Source: the human T2T-CHM13v2.0 reference genome, Homo sapiens | Reading direction: 5' to 3' (one strand) | Assembly: GCF_009914755.1 (NCBI RefSeq) | Contig: NC_060933.1 | DNA length: 64,000 nucleotides | Shown here: one piece after another, positions 55,672-64,000 of the stretch | Layout: the number at the start of each line of letters is the position of its first letter | Position numbering within the stretch: the stretch's first letter is position 1 | Position numbers and translations under genes: made by a program | The notes under the pieces: model-generated | The model's database searches: none | Seen by the model: the letters and a program-made list of their open reading frames with translations, nothing else | What the model was told of the DNA's origin: nothing

Positions 55672-56421
55672 GGGTGTCTGAATTGAGAGTTATGTTACCT
55701 GTTCTCACAGTACTCTGGGGCATGAGCTCCTCCAACATGAAGGAGGGTGTTTGTTGATGCACCACAGTTCCACTATGCAAACATCATCTCATTTTATCCC
55801 TTCTAGAATGTTGTAAAGTGGGCATGATTATGCCCATTTTACAGATGAAGAAACTGAAGCTAAGACCAATGGAATAACTTGCAAAAGCTCACAGGGCTGG
55901 CAGAGCCAGGATTCAAATCCAAGCTTGATGGGCTCCAAATTAGTCCAAGCTGTTCAATAACTCAGCTCCAAGATTTGGACCTTTGTTTTCGGTTTTCCTG
56001 TAACAAAGATCCCCAAGTGATGGATTTCTATTCTTCTCACTGGTTGGACAGGGGATGCCATGTTTGGCAGCTGGGCTTAGGGACACAGACAGCTAATACT
56101 TCACAGCTATTGTTTCACTTAATCCCTCCAAGGGCTCTGTGGGGTAGAAACTATTATTAACACTAGTTGACAGGTGAGAAAACTGCAGCATAGAGATGTT
56201 AAATAATTTGCCCAGACTCTTGCTGCTGTTAAGTGGTAGAATCAGACTTTGAATCTAGACCAGCTGAATTCAGAGTCTGGGCTTTGAACCTGTAAACTCT
56301 ACCGGCCGCCTCAGATGAAGGATTATAGGTACTCAGTGGGGAGAGAGTGGAAGGGGCTGGAAGATGCAGGGAAGTCTTCCTGGGGGAAGTGTCACTTAAT
56401 CAGAAAAGTAACCGCTGAAAT

Positions 56422-56749
<328 letters not shown>

Positions 56750-57679
56750 TCAGGCTCTGCATGTTGGCTAGGATGTAATGGGGAGGGAGAACTGGAGAGA
56801 GTGTTATGGATGATTGTACTGCAGAAGCGAAGGCAGGGAGGTGAAACTTGAATATACAGTGCACTGGGTACAATGAGAAAAGCAAGCCAGTGGGTGCAGC
56901 AGGCACATGACTGTCCCAAGAACATGGCAATGCACCCGAACAAGCACTTGGAAAAGCGCCAGAGCTGCCCTCCCCAGCATGTCTATCACTGCTTGTTCCT
57001 TAGCCTTGGAAGAGAGGAGGAATGTTTTCTCCTCCTTAGCTCCTTCCTGGCCACTGACATCTGCCACACTGACCCATACCACAAGCAATTGCATGCTCCA
57101 TTCTAGCCTCCTTGGCAGTACCTTTGGGCTTCATGGCTGCTTTCACTGAGTCCTTCACTTGGGTGAGCAGACAGGAAACAATCTGGGCCAGAGAGCTCTG
57201 TGCTCCTCAACTGACCAAGTTCCACTACGAAGGCTTCCTCTGAGCCTGGGCCCTGCCCTGGAGGCCCTCCAATGTCCCTGTATGTATGTCAGGGCAGAAG
57301 ATACAACTGTTCTGAACCCTGGGGGCTGTCTCCAGATGATGCAGCCAAATGTATGTTACCCCAATCCCCTCCCACAAGGTTTCTTGTGGCCTGTGTCCTG
57401 GGGTCTACAGATTGGCCATAGAGTTGGTGGCTCCTGGAGAAGGAGGCTCTTGATGGGAAGGGCAAGATTTAAATTGATAAAGAGAAGAAATAAAAGAACA
57501 AAGAACAAAGTGAGCAATGGATCTATGTGGGCCAACAATCAGTCATTTATTCAATCAACAAACACTTCTTGAGTACCTACTGAAGCCAGACAATTTTACA
57601 GGAAGGAAAGCATGTCAGCTTGGCTCCAAGCGGTGGCAAAATAATGCTAGAGCTATCTTGCAGGACCTCTCTTCCCCAG

Positions 57680-58080
57680 GTCCAAAACTGACCTCATGCT
57701 GTTCATCTCCTCCTTTTGGATTCCCTGTCTCTGTCAATGACACCACCAGACACCTAACTGCTTAAGCTGGAAAACTGGGCAATATCTCTGATTTCTCTCT
57801 CCCTCACGGCCCACGTTCAGTCATCGATGCCTCCCATTGAGCTGCCCTCTGATGGCTCTCAGATCTGGCTGCTGTTCTCCTCTCCCCTGCCTCAACTGTG
57901 GGCCCATCAGCTCTGGCCTGGACCTCTATAGTATCTGTGCTTTCACTCTCCCCTCCCTTCTGAACATTCTCTGCACCATGACCAGAGGCGTCAACTGAAA
58001 GCAAGTTTCACAGTGCTGTTTCTAGGCTTAAAATCCTTCACTGCTTCCCCTCCTGCCCCAAGGACAGTGTCCAAAGTCCT
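57680..58080 (+). mobile_element. L2 relic
   Basis: ccctgtctctgtcaatgacaccacc...aagctggaaaactggg...ttctctctccctcac. Confidence 0.65.
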
Positions 58081-58081
58081 G

Positions 58082-58452
58082 TGCTATGGACCGAATTGTG
58101 TCTCTCCCTAGAACTTATATGTTGAAGTCCAAACCCCAGTGTGACTATTTGGATATAGGGTCTTTAAGAAGTAATAAAAGTTTAATGAGCTTGTAAGGGT
58201 AGAGTCCTGATCTGATGGGATCAGTGTCCTAAAAAGAGGAAGAGGAGACACCAGGGAGTTCACTCTCTGCCATGTGAGGACACAGCGAGAAGGCGGCCAT
58301 GTATCAGCCAGGAAGAGTCCTCACTAAAATCTGAATTGGTTGGAACCTCGATCCTAGACTTCCCAGTCTCCAGAACTGTGAGAAAATGCATTTCTATTGT
58401 TTAAGCTTCCCAATTTGAGATATTTTGTTAGTGTGGCTGAGCCAACTAATGT
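58082..58452 (+). mobile_element. MLT1A0-like solo LTR
   Basis: tgctatggaccgaattgtg...gccatgtgaggacacagcgagaaggcggcc...cagaactgtgagaaaat. Confidence 0.85.
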
Positions 58453-58559
58453 ACCCTGCAGGGTCTGTCCCCTGCCTACTCTATCCAGCTCATTTCTCTC
58501 CATTTTCAGGCTATCACAGAGCTGCTCTTCCTGGAAAGCTTCCCTGGCCCCTTCTAGGA

Positions 58560-58948
58560 AATGCCATTAGTGTCTGTGCCACCTCCTGGCACTCCCGCCT
58601 CCATCTGCAGCTGGAGCTGGAACAGGCAGTTCTCATGCACATCACCTGTGTCCTACCACCAGGCTTCCACTCCAAGTACCTGCTGAAGCTTTTGGCTCCA
58701 CCCTTCCTTCCTTCCTTTGGAAGGACAATTCTGAGGCATATTCTGAACAATTCTTCAGTCTCCTTGAATTGAGCCCTGGGTGGCCCTAAGTATATCCAGC
58801 TGGGTTCCACACCTGCATTGGCTTTGCTTCTTTCCCTTCTTCTGCTCTGCACTCCTCGGCTCTGTGCCCCGAGATCATTGCCCAGATAAACCCCCTGCTC
58901 CCATGTCCTTGCCTCAGGTTGGGCTTTCAGGGAACCCAAATCAAGACA
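58560..58948 (+). mobile_element. LTR16/33-like ERVL LTR relic
   Basis: 3' end ataaaccccctgc...cctcaggttgggctttcagggaacccaaatcaagaca. Confidence 0.55.
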
Positions 58949-59352
58949 CCTCTCCTTTCATCCAAACAGGAGTAGGTCCCCTTCTATTATCCCTCCTTAA
59001 GCCAGGTACAATTCTTTGTTCTATTTTTCTGTCTAGGTGTCCCCCTCCCCAACTTCAGTGTGAGCTAGAAAAGAGAAGCGACCTGGCTGTCCTATTCCCA
59101 GCACACAGCACAGGATGTGGCATGCAGCAGGAACCTCAGTAGGTGTTGTGGAATAAGTGAATGAGAAGTAGGGTGTTCACGACAAAAACAACACACTGGG
59201 AACAGCAGGGAACTTCCTCAACATGATAAAGGGCATGTGTTAAAAACCCACAGCTGACATCATAATGCTGAATAACTGAAAGCTTTCCCCCTAAGATCAG
59301 GAACAAGACAAGGATGTTCACTCTTGCCACTTCTATTCAGCATCGTACTGGG

Positions 59353-59582
59353 GGCTGGGCGCTGTAATCTCAGTACTTTGGGAGGCCAAGGTGAGCAGAT
59401 CACTTGAGGTCAGTAGTTTGAGACCAGCCTGGCCAACATGGTGAAACCCTGTCTCTACTAAAAATACAAAAATTAGCCAGGCATGGTGGTGCATGCCTGT
59501 AATCCCAGCTACTCAGGGGACAGGCAAAATAATCACTTGAACTCTGGAGACAGAGGTTGCAATGAGCTGAGATCAGGCCACT
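59353..59582 (+). mobile_element. 3'-truncated AluS
   Basis: Alu sequence ends at gatcaggccact with no A tail. Confidence 0.85.
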
Positions 59583-59603
59583 TTTCAGTATGAAAAGGAC
59601 TGA

Positions 59604-59832
59604 TTTTTTTCTTTATTTCTTAAATTGACAAATTTACATATTGTATACAAGATATTGTTTTGAAATAAGTATACATTGTGGAATTGCTAAATCAAACAAA
59701 ATATGCATTACCTCACATACGTATCATTTATTTGTGATGAGAACACTTAAAATCTACTCTCTTGGCGATTTGCAAGTATACAATAGATTATTATTAACTA
59801 TAGTCACCATGTTGTATGATAGATCTCTTGAA
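59604..59832 (-). mobile_element. L1MA-type 3' end
   Basis: gtatacattgtggaat...gagaacacttaaaatctactctc...attaactatagtcaccatgttgt. Confidence 0.8.
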
Positions 59833-59839
59833 AGGGTAA

Positions 59840-60027
59840 TTTGTTTATTTATTTTAAATTAATTAATTTTGTAGGGACAAGGTCTCTCTCTGTCACCCAG
59901 GCTGGAGTTGCCATGGCACCATCATGGCTCATTGTAACTGTGAACTCCTGGGCTCAAGCAATCCTCCCACCTCAGCCTGCTGAGTGGCTGGGAGTACTGT
60001 CACACACTACCACACCTGACTAATTTT
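59840..60027 (-). mobile_element. AluJ right arm / FRAM
   Basis: aactcctgggctcaagcaatcctccc. Confidence 0.8.
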
Positions 60028-61894
60028 GGACAATTTCTTAAATGAAATAAAAGACATCCAAATTGGAAAGGAAGAAGTTAAATTGTTTATATTCAAAGTT
60101 GACATAATCTGATATATAGGAAATTCTAAAGAATCAACAAAAGACTATTCAAGCTGATAAACAAATTCATCAAAGTTATGGGATAAAAGATAAATATGCA
60201 AAAATAGTTATATTTCTATATACTAGCAATGAACAGTCCAAAAAGGAAATGAAGACAATAATTCCATTTAAAATACCATCAAAAAGAATAAAAATACATA
60301 TGAATAAATTTAAAGAGGTACAAAACTTGTGCACTGAAAGCTACAAAATATTACTGAAAATAATTAAAACCTAAATCAAGGAAAGATATCCCATGTTCAT
60401 GGATTAGAAGATTTAATATTGTAAGATGTCAGTACTCCTCAAAGCAATCCACAGATTCAATGCATTTCCTATCAAAATCCCAATGGCCTTTTTGCAGAAG
60501 TGGAAAAGCTGATTCCCAGATTCATATGAAATTGCAAAGGATCCTGAATACCTAAAACAATTTTGTAAAAGAGGAACAAAGTTGGAGAACTCATGCTTCC
60601 TAATTTCGAAACTCACTACAAAGCTACAGTAATCCAAATAGTGTGTTACCAACAGAAGGGTAGATATGTGGATCAATGGAATATAATTGAGAGTACACAA
60701 ACCCATATAACTGTCAATTAATTTTCCACAAGGATACAAAAAAAAAACCCTCTGTCACATTATATATGAAAATTAACTCACAGTGGGTCAAAGACCTAAA
60801 CATAAGAGCTAAAACTATAACTGTTAGAAGAAAACAGGGGTAAATCTTCATGAGCTTGGATTTGGTAATGGATTCTTAGATATGACATTAAAAGCAGGAG
60901 CCAGAAAAAAAAATAGATGAACTGGACTTCATCAAAATTAAAAACCTTTGTATACCAAAGGACAATATCAAAAAAATGAAAAGACAACATACATACTGGG
61001 AGAAAATATTTACAAGTTGTATATCTGATAAGGAAATTGTATCCAGAATAAAGAACTCCTATAACGTAACAAGAAGACAACCCAATTTAAAAATGGGCAA
61101 GGGACTTGAAAAGATTTTCAATATCATAGTCATCAGAGCATGCAAATCAAAACAATGAGATACCACTTTACACCCACTAGGATTGCTGTAATAATAATAA
61201 TAATTAATGGAAAATAACAAGCATTGGCAAAGATGTAAATAAATTGGAATCCTTGTACATTGCTTGTTGAAGTGTAAAATCGTGCAGCCACTGTGGAAAT
61301 GTTTGGCTGTTTTTTAAAAAGTCAAACACAAAATTACCATATGACCCAGCAATTCCACTCCTAGACATACACCCAAAATAACTGAAAAATTAATTCAAAC
61401 AAAAACTTGTATATATGTTGATAGCAGCACTAGCCACAATTGCCAAAAGGTGGAAACAACTCAAATGTCCATCACTGAATGAATGAGTAAGCAACATATG
61501 GTCTATCCCCAAAAGAAATATTATTCAGCCGTGCAAAAGAATGAAGTTCTGATACATGCTACAACTTTGATGAATCACGAAAACATTGTGCTAAGTGAAC
61601 CAAGCCAGACACAAAAGGTCACATATTGTATGATTCCATCTATATTAACTATCCAGAACAGGGAAGCCCACAGTGTCAGAAAACAGACTGATGGTTACCA
61701 GGGGCTGGGAGAGGGAAGATTGGGGGTGACTGCTTAATGGGTACAGGGTTTCCCTTTGGGGTTATGGAAATGTTTTGGAACTAGATAGAGCTAATGGTTG
61801 CACAAAATTGTGAATGTATTAATGCAACTGAACTGTACACTTTAAAATGGTGAATTTTATGTTATATCAGTTTTACCCCAATAAAAACAAGAAA

Positions 61895-62190
<296 letters not shown>

Positions 62191-62365
62191 AACAAGTGGA
62201 TCAGCTTGTGGTATCCAGCTACTCCAGTCTTCCATCCTGCCTTGCAGTGGCACATGAGTGGTACACAGACAGAGACCCCTCTGTCCCTGCCTCTCATGAT
62301 TTCCAAAGACCAGCTGCCTGGGTCTTCAGAGGTGGGGCCACTGTGATCTTGCTCATCTCTGCCCC

Positions 62366-62830
62366 TTTTTTTTTTATTATTATACTTTAAGTTTTAGGGT
62401 ACATGTGCACAATGTGCAGGTTAGTTACATATGTATACATGTGCCATGCTGGTGTGCTGCACCCACTAACTCGTCATCTAGCATTAGGTATATCTCTCAG
62501 TGCTATCCCTCCCCCCTCCCCCAACCCCACAACAGTCCCCAGAGTGTGATGTTCCCCTTCCTGTGTCCATATGTTCTCATTGTTCAATTCCCACCTATGA
62601 GTGAGAATATGCGGTGTTTGGTTTTTTGTTCTTGCGATAGTTTACTGAGAATGATGATTTCCAATTTCATCCATGTCCCTACAAAGGACATGAACTCATC
62701 ATTTTTTATGGCTGCATAGTATTCCATGGCGTATATGTGCCACATTTTCTTAATCCAGTCTATCATTGTTGGACATTTGGGTTGGTTCCAAGTCTTTGCT
62801 ATTGTGAATAGTGCCGCAATAAACATATGT
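62366..62830 (-). mobile_element. 5'-truncated young L1 (L1PA2-type)
   Basis: Near-consensus 3' end; ORF 62584-62826 gives the C-terminal 80 aa of ORF2p (MFIAALFTIAKTW...FSLIGGN); cccactaactcgtc (GAG allele, not the Ta ACA), gagaatatgcgg. Confidence 0.92.
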
Positions 62831-63419
62831 TCTGAAGGGGATGGGAATTGTCTTACATTTTAAATCCTCCGTTTCACTGGGAGTGCCCATCAGAATTTGG
62901 CTAGAACTGTTGCTCTAGGTCACAATTACTTCTGCCAAAGGTATGTGCATATTTACGACTGTGCACATGCTTTGTGTTTACCGTGTCTCAGCAGCACTCT
63001 TTGCATTCATGCTGATAATGAAAACTCAATTTATAGTAAAAACAAGCATTTTGTTGTGAAATTGGGTTTTAAGGATCCTATAAAGGCATTGCAGAGATTT
63101 ATTTTAGCCTAGTAAATATCTTGCTCTAGGGTGAGACTTTAGAACCTTCGAACAGTTCATTTTGAAGGATTTGGTTATTAGAAAACTTTTATAGTCTCTT
63201 AAATTTAATCCAGAAGAATAACAAATTGAAGGCCTTCCAACAACAATGGATTTCCCATATCTGGAATATCTTGGCATCCTACATAGGCTGGATGGTACAA
63301 GACTGGTAGCTGGGAGTTGGGAGACCTGGGTCCTAGGCTACTCAAAGGCTAGATGACTGTAGGTGCGTCCCTTTTCCCCTCTAGGCCTTCAATTTTCTCA
63401 AATTCAGCCTAGGGGTTGA

Positions 63420-63830
63420 ATTTTTACATAAAAACTTTTGATCCTGCAGTTCCACACTTAGAAAATGTTCCTGAAGGAAAAAATTTAACAAAAGCAGTAA
63501 GTTATATGTTTAAAACTGTTCAATGCAATGTTATCTATAAAGGCAAAAAAGCAGAAGCAATAAAAATATCCCATGAATTGGAAATAGATGATAGAATTAT
63601 AGAAACACTTGTGGCAGAATAATAAATTGACATTAAAAATAGTAATTGCCATATATATATATATTCCTTCTCTCTCAACACCAGTAAGACTGGCATAATG
63701 CTCATTAAAACGAAACAGTGGTTATTTCTAGATGGAATTATGGTTCATTTTTGTTTTCTTCTTTATGCTTTCATGTATATTTCAAATGTTCCATAATGAA
63801 CACATATGACTTTTATAAAAAACTACTGTC
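63420..63830 (+). mobile_element. Old L1ME 3' fragment
   Basis: tttgatcctgcagttccacacttagaa...gtggttatttctagatggaattatgg...cttctttatgcttt. Confidence 0.5.
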
Positions 63831-64000
63831 ATTGAAGTAGCAATTAATTTTATAAAGAGTAAGTGACAAAGAAGAAAATAGTTAAGTTATAATGTGAAAT
63901 GAGAAGGAAATGAAATGAAGATGAAATGAATACTCAGGCTGCACCTAGGTTGAAATGGCAACAGACCAAATCCCTGAAAATCACTTTGCTAATTATCAAT

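Larger units (their letters stand above)
59180..61893 (+). mobile_element. L1MB-type element (RT region to 3' end), interrupted at 59353-60040
   Basis: 59300-59353 reads [18 protein letters not shown] (L1 RT consensus GTRQGCPLSPLLFNIVLE); resumes IKDIQIGKEEVKL; L1MB 3'UTR; many stops. Confidence 0.88.

Noticed and set aside
62584-62826. Intact-looking 80-aa ORF
   Set aside because: C-terminus of L1 ORF2p in a 5'-truncated, promoterless copy; not a gene

Overview
This is primate (human or great-ape) nuclear DNA, not prokaryotic. Roughly half of it is interspersed repeats: about 27 Alu/FLAM elements (AluJ, AluS, AluY), MaLR and ERVL solo LTRs (THE1, MST, MLT1, MLT2, LTR16/33-like), old L1M fragments, one young 5'-truncated L1PA2-type element, many MIR and L2 relics, and DNA-transposon MITEs (Tigger3a/MER7A, MER3, MER5). 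I recognise no protein-coding gene. The longer ORFs in the track are mostly Alu, L1 or low-complexity read-throughs, and the rest show no recognisable domain. The best non-repeat signals are: (i) a candidate + strand terminal exon at about 20410-20785 (GACTAAC branch point, AG acceptor, AATAAA) containing a perfect 9-bp hairpin; (ii) a candidate upstream exon ending at a GTAAGT donor (2920|2921), next to a CpG-retaining element with an NF-kB site; (iii) a short CpG island at about 26.2-26.7 kb, preceded by a 0.5-kb G/A tract; and (iv) several unique, homeodomain/TCF-motif-rich blocks that may be enhancers. No CRISPR array, tRNA or rRNA was seen, and no new biological system is convincingly supported. 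Repeat subfamily calls come from remembered consensus diagnostics, and boundaries of old repeats are approximate.
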